A DNA stretch of 63,659 nucleotides, counting the filler, from Trichomonas gallinae (taxonomy: Eukaryota): NCBI GenBank assembly GCA_008369845.1. It is 5 parts of 5 records of this genome, joined end to end, with 100 filler letters (N's around TTAATTAATTAA, not from the genome) between each part and the next. Parts side by side here need not be neighbours in the genome. Positions count along the whole stretch, not along the records: positions 28,317 to 51,312 come from MRSU01000099.1; positions 51,413 to 61,310 come from MRSU01000105.1; 3 more parts are not named here. One strand, given 5' to 3'. Both the position numbers and the translations under genes were made by a program. Below are positions 43,286 through 53,624 of the stretch, piece after piece (position 1 is the stretch's first letter; every line of letters starts with the position of its first letter). Under the pieces are notes generated by a model, which was not told where the DNA came from, did no database searches, and saw nothing but the letters and a program-made list of their open reading frames with translations.

Positions 43286-43755
43286 TATAAAAGTGACAAT
43301 GCGTTATTTAAAAATGAATTTTTCTTCAAATATAGCTTTGTCACATCCTAAAACTGTTGTTTTTCAAACCAGATTTGAAAATGTAAAATTTTTTTGGAGA
43401 ATCAATTTTTCAGCAAAAATTATAAAAATTATTTCATTTTTTGCCAAAATCAAAAAATTTCAAAATTTAAAATCATACAATGATTTTGATAATAATTAAA
43501 TATCTCGAAAATTTGAATTTTATGTCAATAACTTTATTATTCAATTTTTCAAAATATTTATTAGCTGTAATTTGCAAAATTAATACGATAAAATTATAAT
43601 TCTCAGTATATTCATTCTATTTTTGCATAGAATCAATTAATTTTAAATTTCATCAAATATTTTTTGGATTTTATTGTATAAATCTCATTTGAAACATACA
43701 AACAAAACGGAAAGTTTGCAAACTATAATCATTTATAACAATACAAAACAACAAT

Positions 43756-45096
43756 TTATAAAATATCTTCAATATATGAGAAGAGAGACTCAAGATTAAC
43801 TGTCGTAACAGTATGAACTGACCTTCTAAATTCATACCATTTTTGTCCATTTCTAACAAACATAATTCCTGATAAAGTCATTGAGGGCGTAAAAGGCCTC
43901 GTAGGAAGGAAAGTAACTGACGGAGTGAAAGGCTTAGATACAGTGATCATTTTAGGATCATGATTCATGACGTAATACCAATCTGAAATTTTTGGATATG
44001 AAATTTTGAAATTTGGCTCAGTAACTTTGAAATTCTTAAAGTTGACAAGCAGTGTACGTAAGTATTTCACTTCATCGTCTGATTGCTCGTTCTTTAATTG
44101 CGCTATATAACAATTATCGACAATATAGCGTGAAGTATCATTTGTTCCGAAGCACTGGCCTCCACATCTAATAAAAACCATGTCTCTGCATTTAATTGGC
44201 TCCAACGATTTGTTTACGAAAACGATTCCATTCGTACCTTCGCAAACTTTAAATACCATGTATTGAATGATCATCTCTTTTGCTTTTCCATCATGTATAT
44301 TTATCAACGAAAGTCCTTTGCAGTGATCAATCCAAGAATATTGCATTTTAAATTCTGGGACTTCGAAACCATTGACAAGAGGACCGTGAATCTTTTCTTC
44401 ATTGATTCTACTTATGTTCATATGATTTAAGAATATCTTGGATTGGTCGAAAGCCATTCCAAAAGATCTTTCTACATGTTTTCTAACAGAAAGACCAGAA
44501 ATGAAAGTATCATTGACTGAAACTAGTTCTTCTGTACAGTTGTTTGCGAAAAACGCACCTCCATTATTAGAAGAGCAGTTTTTGAACAAACAAAATTTCG
44601 TATTTATTTTTACTGTATGTACACTTATGGCTCCGCCAGTATTTTTCGCGGTACAATTGAAAAATCCGCAGTGTGAAAGCTTCAAATAGAAGATTGGTGC
44701 AGCAACGTCTTCGTTTGAGAAAAGAGCTTGAATTGCGCCGCCAGAATCGAAGTGGTTGCCATTTCCATTGGCATTGCAGTCGCAAAACGTGCATTTGTGG
44801 AAAGTATTTGGCCCAGAATCGTAGAAAAATTTCTTTCCTGTATAATAAAACTTGTCTGTGTTGTTTACAACGGCGTCTTTATCTGAGAAATATACTGCTG
44901 ACGATAAGAAGTCTTTGAATTCTGATTTAAAGCATTTTAGGTTTAAGAATCGATCAGAAATATACAACGAAGGGTTCCAGAACCTAGAAAACCTACATGA
45001 AGTAAATCTCGTGGTTCTAGCTTGCGTACTAAACGAGCTCGTGTAGAATGGAACCCCAGATTTCGACAAAATTAAAGAAGAAAAGGAAACATTCAT
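43756..45096 (-). CDS. Pmp-like (polymorphic membrane protein-like) beta-helix protein
   Basis: Repeated FxxC...GGAI motifs (SGGAIQA, FFNCTAKNTGGAISV, FKNCSSNNGGAFF) and C-terminal FTPSxT repeats; no clear TM. Confidence 0.75.
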   Translation of the reverse strand: MNVSFSSLILSKSGVPFYTSSFSTQARTTRFTSCRFSRFWNPSLYISDRFLNLKCFKSEFKDFLSSAVYFSDKDAVVNNTDKFYYTGKKFFYDSGPNTFHKCTFCDCNANGNGNHFDSGGAIQALFSNEDVAAPIFYLKLSHCGFFNCTAKNTGGAISVHTVKINTKFCLFKNCSSNNGGAFFANNCTEELVSVNDTFISGLSVRKHVERSFGMAFDQSKIFLNHMNISRINEEKIHGPLVNGFEVPEFKMQYSWIDHCKGLSLINIHDGKAKEMIIQYMVFKVCEGTNGIVFVNKSLEPIKCRDMVFIRCGGQCFGTNDTSRYIVDNCYIAQLKNEQSDDEVKYLRTLLVNFKNFKVTEPNFKISYPKISDWYYVMNHDPKMITVSKPFTPSVTFLPTRPFTPSMTLSGIMFVRNGQKWYEFRRSVHTVTTVNLESLFSYIEDIL

Positions 45097-46200
45097 TTTT
45101 TTATTCTAATACCCCTAATATTGATTTTCAGCCCCTTTCTAAATTATTTTTTACAATAAATAGATATAACTTATAATGTTTTAGCTGTTAAATAAGTGAA
45201 TTTTACAATGTCAGATTGTCAGATTTATCTTTCAAAATTTGAAAGAATTACATCATTAAAAGTGACATGAAAAGTTGGTTGTCATGTAATATATGACATG
45301 TCATTTTTTGAATATATATATATTCAATAAAACAAGTGAGTATTCAAATGTTGATTGAATATTGAGCAACCACAAAGAACACGATTTTGGTCAGCTCTAA
45401 CTCTCAACGAGTGTAATGAGCCAGTGATGCACTGATTGAGAATGGGGGCTGGGACATTGATTTTTCTCAGAATGAGATTCAATTTACAAATTATATTCGG
45501 AATGATTCGATGTCTTACTCATCAATGGGTGATGCTCAGTATTTTGTGCCACCTTTTGATGCATCAGACATCGAAACAAGAGTTATGAGTTTTTGAATAT
45601 TATCTTGAAAATACAAGATTCTTGTCAGCTCTTACACTCAACACGTGTGAAAAAAAAAAAAAAATGAAAACTGTTGGCAAAATTTTAAAAACTGTTGAAA
45701 AAAATAATTTTATTTAAAAATGGAATAGTACGGATTTATATGTTTTGCTATATATGTGTTCATTTTGAGGCAAAAAACATTATTTCAAAAAACCAAAAAC
45801 TCGGGATAACTTTCCTGAAACAAAAGTTCCCATTTCAAAAGTATGAGAATTCTCTATGATGAAAATACATAGCTTAAAAGATCTAATATCACATATATTA
45901 CTCTCAGTCACAGTTTCAAATATTTTTGCAAAATGATATTAGAAATTAAATTGATATCTTAATTAAGCCATACCTTCATGACCAAATCTTCTATTTTAGA
46001 ATAATACCACGTTAATCACTTGAAAATATACAAAAAATTATCTATTTTTTTTTGTAATATGCCAAGTTTAGATGCACCCGCGCAATCTCTGTTAATGGTT
46101 ATTAAAAATGCAAGTATATAAATTAAATTTTATTAAAAACATTTCAAACAAAAAAATATTATAAAAATTTTCCGCTGTATAATATAAAACAATAAAAACA

Positions 46201-48981
46201 TTACTCTTCTGACTGCTCACACGCTTTGATGAGAGATAAATTGACTGAATTAGCAATTGATATTTCGTTATCTCTTTCGATCTGTTCTTCTTTGATCTCT
46301 CTTAAGTCAATAACCAAGCTTACAGCCTCTTTGAACCTATCTACTGCATTTGACATTTCGAGAGAAGGCAAAACCTGATAGTATCTGTCTAAAAATGCCG
46401 CGATTGAAACAACATTAGATGGAGGATCTCGCGCAATGACTCCTAGCAGCAGTGTAGTTATTTCTGACTGCTTTAGGTTGTCGCAATCAACAATTGAAGG
46501 TATATGTTTGATTGCGTTGAGAATTATTCGCGAGATATCTACTGGATTCGTGTACCATTGGCAATCGCTGATGGAAATAGGCCGGCGACTAACTAAAGCG
46601 CCAAGCGTTTGATATTTGGATAATTTCTTCAGTATATGTGGTCTAAATTTCAAATCTTTGACAGATAATTTAGAAACTAAAGAGAGTTTTTCTAAACACT
46701 GCTCGTTTTGCTTTGAGAATGAGCAGAGGTCGAGCTCGGAAATAGGAACAGACGTGTAAGCCGCATCAAAACAATTTCTTAATAATGCAACAAGAAGAAT
46801 TTGATGTGTTGGATCGAAATTGAGCTTAAGTTTATCATATACATAGTATTCATGCTTATATATCTTTTGGAGGAAGTCTGCGATGTTTCCTGTGACGATA
46901 TCTTTGACTGCTTTTTGTTCATCTCTTTCTGGAGGAGGATGAATAGAGAAATACCTTTGTAGCTGAAATTCTAAGTCTGTTTGTGGAATTAAGAATGGAT
47001 TTGAAGTGATTCTAGATTTCATTTCAATAATTTGTTGTCTAATGTCGCTTAACTGAATTCTTTGTGGTCTTGGCAAGTTTTGTACGCGATTGTCAATCAC
47101 CTGACGCTGTCTACGAAGTCTGATAAAATTCTCCGAATTATTTACCTCGTTAATCATGTTTCTTTGTAGCATTTTGATATTAACGAAGAGATGTTGATGC
47201 TGCGTAACAGCACCAACAAGTTCGCATGCAATTCTAACGAAATCATTAACAATTGATATCTGATATTCTGAGATTTGTGTATCATAGTCGATAAGTAATG
47301 ATCTGTATCCTGCTGCAAGGACGCCATGAGTCTGATATTGAGAAGGAACAGGATATTGCTTGGAATCCTTCGAAACGTGAAGAGAATCAAGAAATTCCTG
47401 CGCATAGTCTATGAAGTCTTCTAGTTCGAAAATACAGCGCTGCTGGTCGACTGTATTCTTCTGAAGGTCGGAATAAATATAATTATAGGCTGTAGGATGA
47501 ATACCGATGTTTCTGAGGGTTCCACATACACATACATCTTCCACATCTTGTGGAAGTTTAACTTTTTGACGATAAGAGCCGCTTTCTATTAATGTGTTTG
47601 AATTAAATTTAAATGGAAAAGTTTTGAGCTTTCCAGTGGAACTGTTTAAACGCTTAAATAGGTTCTGGAAATTCTCAACGTTTGAAAGCTTTTTCAGCTG
47701 GAAAAAGCTCGAAATAAATTGAACTCCATTAAAACTCTGATAGCAAGCACTTGCTGCGTATTCAATGCATTGCCTGGCCCAAGGAACAAGTGAAAATGTA
47801 TCCTCAGACAAGACAGCGCATAATTGAAGGATTCTATGTTTATATTTATTTTTAGCCGTAGCAATTTTGAAGAAGCAGAATAATCCACTGATAAACAGCT
47901 TAAACCACTTCATTGCTTCATCATTATGACCGAGTTTCATCAAAATGTCAGCAAGATAAGAAGCTGATAATCTCATATATATTTTAGACATGGTCATTTT
48001 CCTTGAGAAGAAGCGCATGACAGTAAGTTGGGATTCCTCACCTGCCATCAACGCGGCATCGTGTAACGCTTGCATTTCGTGAATCGTATTTGGTGGCTGC
48101 TTCAAAAGCATTTCAACATATTGATCTGCGGTGATGTACTTGCCTACATGCTGCAGGCAGTACTTTAATACTATCTTACGAACCATTCTCGATGTTGTTG
48201 TTGATGCGAATAACGATGATATTCTACTGTGTGCGTCTTCTTCCGTTGTATTTGGCAGCCAGCAGTCATTCAGCTGGAATAAACAACGAAGGAATGTAAC
48301 TGAGTCTGCATTGCTGGAGTATTTAATAAGTTTTAATAACCTTGCGTAAAAAGACGAAAAAACGTTTTCTGCTAGCGTAATTTCTGGACCTGCCTGTATA
48401 ATAAGCGAAGTTAGTAGGTCAGCTAGCTCTAAATTATCTTCTGTATTCGAGTGAGATTTATTTGGTTCTGAATTTTGCTCTAAAAATGTAATAAATAAAT
48501 CCACGATCCTCTCAATAGATCCATTTTCTGTTATAAACTTCACCCATTTAGGGTTTTGCGTTTTGTGTAGATGGTTGTAGATATGAATTAAAAGGCTCGG
48601 ATTTGAAATTGCCGCAATGAGATGTTTAAGAAAGAAGTTCGGGTAATTATCCTTGCAGAATTCGTTAATATAGCTAACGCAGCTTTCTATTGTTTCGAGA
48701 CGTAATTTTGATTGATAATTATATAAAAATATGATGAATTCCGGGAAATTTGTAACAGGATCCGGAACTTCATCGGTACTTAATAACATTTTAATTATAT
48801 TTACGACTTCATTCCAATAATTTTCATAATTTGATATTGAAGTCAACCAAACGTGAACAAGAGGTGAGATACTTGCCCATATAACACTCATCTCTAGCTC
48901 CTCCTGAAGCTCCGGCACGGAGGAGGCATCCCTATCAGGGCTCAAAATAGCGTTCCACCAACGAAACACCTCCTCATGCAT
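46201..48981 (-). CDS. Large helical protein with a C-terminal degenerate VPS9-like domain
   Basis: 926-aa ORF. C-terminus TNPVDISRII...EITTLLLGVIARDPPSNVVSIAAFLDRY...LEMSNAVDRFKEAVSLV follows the VPS9 pattern. The CDS is secure; the domain call is tentative. Confidence 0.6.
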   Translation of the reverse strand: MHEEVFRWWNAILSPDRDASSVPELQEELEMSVIWASISPLVHVWLTSISNYENYWNEVVNIIKMLLSTDEVPDPVTNFPEFIIFLYNYQSKLRLETIESCVSYINEFCKDNYPNFFLKHLIAAISNPSLLIHIYNHLHKTQNPKWVKFITENGSIERIVDLFITFLEQNSEPNKSHSNTEDNLELADLLTSLIIQAGPEITLAENVFSSFYARLLKLIKYSSNADSVTFLRCLFQLNDCWLPNTTEEDAHSRISSLFASTTTSRMVRKIVLKYCLQHVGKYITADQYVEMLLKQPPNTIHEMQALHDAALMAGEESQLTVMRFFSRKMTMSKIYMRLSASYLADILMKLGHNDEAMKWFKLFISGLFCFFKIATAKNKYKHRILQLCAVLSEDTFSLVPWARQCIEYAASACYQSFNGVQFISSFFQLKKLSNVENFQNLFKRLNSSTGKLKTFPFKFNSNTLIESGSYRQKVKLPQDVEDVCVCGTLRNIGIHPTAYNYIYSDLQKNTVDQQRCIFELEDFIDYAQEFLDSLHVSKDSKQYPVPSQYQTHGVLAAGYRSLLIDYDTQISEYQISIVNDFVRIACELVGAVTQHQHLFVNIKMLQRNMINEVNNSENFIRLRRQRQVIDNRVQNLPRPQRIQLSDIRQQIIEMKSRITSNPFLIPQTDLEFQLQRYFSIHPPPERDEQKAVKDIVTGNIADFLQKIYKHEYYVYDKLKLNFDPTHQILLVALLRNCFDAAYTSVPISELDLCSFSKQNEQCLEKLSLVSKLSVKDLKFRPHILKKLSKYQTLGALVSRRPISISDCQWYTNPVDISRIILNAIKHIPSIVDCDNLKQSEITTLLLGVIARDPPSNVVSIAAFLDRYYQVLPSLEMSNAVDRFKEAVSLVIDLREIKEEQIERDNEISIANSVNLSLIKACEQSEE

Positions 48982-50264
48982 TAAATTTTTTTTTTTATTG
49001 ACTGTGAAGAATTTTTGGGAATAAAATAATCGTCATATCACAATTTTTGTGAAAACTCATAATTTTAATAAACAATATTCCGTCTTTGTTTATGTTTATC
49101 AATAATTTTCTTCAAAACTATTTTGACTTTTCAATTGATGTAAACACTATATAACAATATAACAAATCTATTTAATGTTCACAGTTATAAAGAAAAAAAA
49201 AATTTAAACCAAATTTAATATACAAATAATTATAATATTATAAAGAATCGAGTTCACAGTTATAATATTATTAGAAATTTAATATGATTTAAATGTAAAA
49301 CTGTGAATTCTTAAGGAACATAATTATATAAAAAGAACGCAAAATTATGAATGTTAATAGCTTTTGAAAAGAACATTCAATTTTTGAGAAGAAATCCGTT
49401 TAAAATTTAAATGCTGAAATTTTGTTGTTTCATCAATCGATTATAAATTTAGTTGCAATATATTTGTATTCAATTTTTACAATGGCAGATTTGAAATTTT
49501 TTATGACTGTAAATCTGATTTTCTTCTATAGTTATGCTTTTTCGATAATATTATTCACAGATTTTTATTTATCTGCTAACGATTAAATTAAAAAAAATCT
49601 TTCAAAAAATTTATAATATATGATCCTAGAGATAATATAAAAATTCAAAACTATCAGTTTTTTATTTTTCTCCGAAAGAACTGTAACATTTTTCTATTGA
49701 CTTCTCGCAAAATGCTATCGTGTCAGAGAACCCACATTTATTTAAGCTGTTCGATGGGAAGCACCCAGAAGCTGTTTTATGAAGCAACCATTTTCCTTTC
49801 CAAAAAATTATTATAAATCATCTGATTTCTGGTTGGCATGCTGATATCCCCATTACAATATTACGAACGGGCTCAATTCTTTATTAAAACAACTTCAAAA
49901 ATTAATTTATTTAATTTTTTGCATTTTATACTATTATTTGTGCATTGAGCATCTGGAATAATGAAATTAAGCACATTATAAACCACATATTACAAAGAGA
50001 TACATTCAAACTTATTTTTCGACTAAAATAATCAATTTTTCATCATTTTTCTTACATTCCCATTATATATCAATGCAAATATACACAATATAATGTTATC
50101 AAGATATTGCATTAATAACCATAACATTTTACAGTAAATTTAATTTATTCATTCTTAAATATCTCTTCAAATTATATTGATTATATTATCAATGTCTTTT
50201 TGTACTTGACATAATTTAATAAATATATCTATTTAACCGCAATAATAACTGTTTACAAACAAAA

Positions 50265-51263
50265 TTAATAAGTTTCATCACTGAATGAATTAGCATGTTC
50301 ATTTTCGAAAAGAAGTACATCAACATCAGATAGCTGCTTTTTATCCAATGATTTTGATTTAAATTTCATCATCAACAAAATTATTGAAAAAATCATTGGC
50401 ATTATCACGAAGCAAAAAGAAAACATAGTCCATCTGAATCCAGACGATGATAATACTGAATATAAAGTTAAATCAACTTCTAATTTCATAATATAGAAAA
50501 TTATTGCAAAATCTATAATAGATGTTGGCCCACAGAACTCAACGTTAACTGAAACGCTCGTCATGGCCAAAATGAATGGAATAAGCACATATTGAACATA
50601 TCTCATGCCGAAATACTGAGACCAGACATCATAAGCGAATTTTCCATCAATAACTGTTCCATAGAGCCAAATAATACCGAGATGGCCATCAATATCTGTG
50701 AAGGATATAGGCATGAAGAGGACCCATGCTGTTGCAATGAAAAACATGAGTTTTGGCTTCCAGTTGAGATTTTTAAATCTAGCCTTGAATATGAATGGAG
50801 AATATATGATACAAGCAAAATAATTTGGTGAATGCGTGCCTTTTGTAATCAATTCTTCTAAATCTTTCGCTTTTTTAGGAATTGCAAATGGAATAATCAT
50901 TAAAAGAATGGATATGTAAAGGATAATAAATTGATAAATGTAATGCTTGTAAACTGCATCTTCTGGTGGTATTTCTGAGAATTTGTGCTTCGAATTTACA
51001 TTAAATTTCAATTCATATGAAAAATCACCGGAAAACTGTATTGTATGCATTCCTTTTGGTAAATTATAAGGTGCTGAACAAACAAAACCATTATTATCGT
51101 TTGCTTTTCTGCAAGTTAATTTTGTTGAAACATTTCCTGTAACAGTGATGTTTGGTGGATTGACCGAATAAGATCTGACCCTAATATATGAGTTTTGCTC
51201 GTTGAATGGATTATTCTTTGTGATCAAATTATAAAAGGTGCTTACACTTTTTTTTTGTACGTT
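50265..51263 (-). CDS. 3' portion of a TMEM62-like metallophosphoesterase membrane protein (5' end lost or disrupted near the gap)
   Basis: FNEQNSYIRVRSYS...LPKGMHTIQFSGDF, then several TMs with FMPISFTDIDGHLGIIWLYG...YDVW. No ATG in frame; an in-frame stop lies shortly before the contig edge at 51312. Confidence 0.6.
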   Translation of the reverse strand, partial: NVQKKSVSTFYNLITKNNPFNEQNSYIRVRSYSVNPPNITVTGNVSTKLTCRKANDNNGFVCSAPYNLPKGMHTIQFSGDFSYELKFNVNSKHKFSEIPPEDAVYKHYIYQFIILYISILLMIIPFAIPKKAKDLEELITKGTHSPNYFACIIYSPFIFKARFKNLNWKPKLMFFIATAWVLFMPISFTDIDGHLGIIWLYGTVIDGKFAYDVWSQYFGMRYVQYVLIPFILAMTSVSVNVEFCGPTSIIDFAIIFYIMKLEVDLTLYSVLSSSGFRWTMFSFCFVIMPMIFSIILLMMKFKSKSLDKKQLSDVDVLLFENEHANSFSDETY

Positions 51264-51312
51264 ATGTGGACATTAATGAATGCTCCTTTCGAAGCCATGA
51301 AGATTAATGTCT

Positions 51313-51412
51313 NNNNNNNNNNNNNNNNNNNNNNNNNNNNNNNNNNNNNNNNNNNNTTAATTAATTAANNNNNNNNNNNNNNNNNNNNNNNNNNNNNNNN
51401 NNNNNNNNNNNN
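51313..51412. other. Artificial contig spacer
   Basis: N44-TTAATTAATTAA-N44. Confidence 0.97.
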
Positions 51413-51756
51413 TTTTTGAACAATTTAAATCATTTATTTGAATTATAAATGGAATTTTATATCAAAATTAAAAATAAATTAACTTAAAAGTCTATATTTT
51501 TTCAAAATCAAATATATAGTATAAAAATCTAATCTTACTATGCTATTGCAATTATTTTGTGTTTTTATGGCTGTACCACAAAGCGTGTAAACGAAAAAAA
51601 CGAAAAAATGCTAAATTTTGACTCTTCATGACGTCTTGTAAAGTTAGCTGAAATTTTGTATATAGCATTGTATAATCTACTAAAATCTGAATACATGGCG
51701 AATATGTGGATTTTAGTAGAATACAAGGGAATGCATTCGCGCCCGTATATTTTATA

Positions 51757-52860
51757 ATGGACAATGAAGAAGTTCAACAAAACCCAAGCGAATGTGTAGA
51801 AATACTTATATATTCAATTGTGATTGCTGCTTCGATGTTCATGGTTTCCTCTCTACATGGGATTCCCTGTCCATTTGCTAACATTGGTTTCCAAATAGAT
51901 CGAATAACATTTTTTAAAGATGATTATTTTATGCATTATACTGATGTTAAGTATGATATTAATTTTGACACTCCAAATTCGTCTAAATGTGAGCCATGTA
52001 ATTTCAACTCAGTGAATTATGGGGCAAATAGCGATAAACATGATATAATTTCGACAAAAAACACAGGTGATCCTAAAAATATGATTATATTCCTAAGATC
52101 TTTGCGTCAAACTGGATGTAAAGCTCAAGTCGTGTTTTTTGTCACCGATAATGCGATGACAAGAATGTCACAAGACACAAGGAAGTATGCTGAGCAATGT
52201 GGTGCTCAATTCATAAACTATCATAGACCTACATCTCGATGGGGTGACGATATTCTTTCGGAACCATATTTCCATATGTATAGGCTTCTACAACTTCACA
52301 AACATGAAATTAACAGATATATCTTTGTTGATTTATATGATTCAGTTTTCCAAGGCGATCCTTTTAATGAATATCTACCAAAGAATGCTGTACATGTTGT
52401 AGACGAAGGATGGAATTGGGATTTCAAGAATGTCGGATGGATAGCTTCATGCGGTGGCCATTATAGGCAAAGCAGAAAGACAATAAACTCAGGTTATTTT
52501 GGTGGAGATGTTGAGCATGTCTTTAATTTTTTGAGGGTTTATATTACTAATTTTGTTTATCATACTAATATGAATGATCAGGGATGCGTGAATCATTGGG
52601 TATATGGCAAGTTATTTGAAAATAACGGAGTTCCGATAAATAATACAAAGAATAATATTGTTTTGCATATGGCTTTCTTGGGAATGGCCAGAAAACAGCC
52701 ACTAGGTAATATTACTGCTTTTTATAGATCAGATTTAGTAGCAGCTATACTTCATCAAACTCACTGGTTTTGCGGATTGCTGAGGACGATTGGAGAAAAA
52801 TGCCCACCTCCACCAGGAGATTTCCCACATTATCAAGGTGGGTGCAAAGCAGGATGGTAA
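51757..52860 (+). CDS. Type II membrane putative GT-A glycosyltransferase
   Basis: N-terminal TM, FLRSLRQTGCKAQVVFF, RYIFVDLYDSVFQGDPF (DxxD), INSGYFGG, NDQGCVN, ILHQ. Confidence 0.7.
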   Translation: MDNEEVQQNPSECVEILIYSIVIAASMFMVSSLHGIPCPFANIGFQIDRITFFKDDYFMHYTDVKYDINFDTPNSSKCEPCNFNSVNYGANSDKHDIISTKNTGDPKNMIIFLRSLRQTGCKAQVVFFVTDNAMTRMSQDTRKYAEQCGAQFINYHRPTSRWGDDILSEPYFHMYRLLQLHKHEINRYIFVDLYDSVFQGDPFNEYLPKNAVHVVDEGWNWDFKNVGWIASCGGHYRQSRKTINSGYFGGDVEHVFNFLRVYITNFVYHTNMNDQGCVNHWVYGKLFENNGVPINNTKNNIVLHMAFLGMARKQPLGNITAFYRSDLVAAILHQTHWFCGLLRTIGEKCPPPPGDFPHYQGGCKAGW

Positions 52861-52946
52861 AATTGTGCTGTTGAGATGTGTTAGAAACATCGTTATACTA
52901 ATGCAGAGACAATAACTTCAACACAGCAGCTTCTACATGATGGAAC

Positions 52947-53022
52947 TTTCAAATGATAAACATGCGTCAATTTTTCGAGTCAAAAGCGCTAGCTATATAA
53001 CAGAAATGTTTATCATTTGAAA
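52947..53022. repeat. Perfect 17-bp inverted repeat with a 42-nt spacer
   Basis: TTTCAAATGATAAACAT (52947-52963) and ATGTTTATCATTTGAAA (53006-53022). Confidence 0.85.
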
Positions 53023-53340
53023 AAGTGATGAATAGAAAGATAAGTTCGATTCTTGCGAAAATTCTGAAATTAGAATTACAAAATCATTGTTTTTGAGATG
53101 CATCAGGTGCACTTGATGATAGAACAACTATACTCAATCATCATGTGCACGTGAAACATCTCTAAAACACTAATGATTCGAAATTTCAATTTTTAAACAT
53201 GTTTACTATCATATGAATCCACTCTTCACTAAAGGAGAAATTGAACATATTGTAGTAAACAAATTTTTCCTGAAATTCTTGAAATTTCAAAATATTATCT
53301 TGAGAATTTATGCATGCGAACGATGTTTAGAATAAATAAA

Positions 53341-53372
53341 GGATCAAATAATAAAAGGATCAAATAATAAAA
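53341..53372 (+). repeat. 16-bp perfect tandem duplication
   Basis: GGATCAAATAATAAAA twice. Confidence 0.85.
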
Positions 53373-53624
53373 TGCCATGATCTATCGCATAATACATTCT
53401 CAGTATTTCTCGTGCACGTTATTGAATGATTTTTTTATTTCATCATTATAGTTTATGTATTCTGAGATTAATTGAATGCTCCTTTAAAATACTTGCTACT
53501 CTCTGATAATAATAACTTTACATTTCGAGATACTTATTATTATGAAGCAATTTAAAGAAGATTAGAAATCGCAACGAAGTTTAATTACAAAACAAAAAGA
53601 TAATTTAACAGCATGATGTTGTTT

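Noticed and set aside
18710..45140. TTAGGG/CCCTAA telobox-like words near several starts (about 18721, 22139, 40423, 45113)
   Set aside because: Few, single and short; cannot be distinguished from chance without genome-wide counts.
45506..45575. SECIS-like reading of hairpin 2
   Set aside because: No convincing non-Watson-Crick quartet geometry, and no neighbouring ORF with an in-frame TGA to recode.
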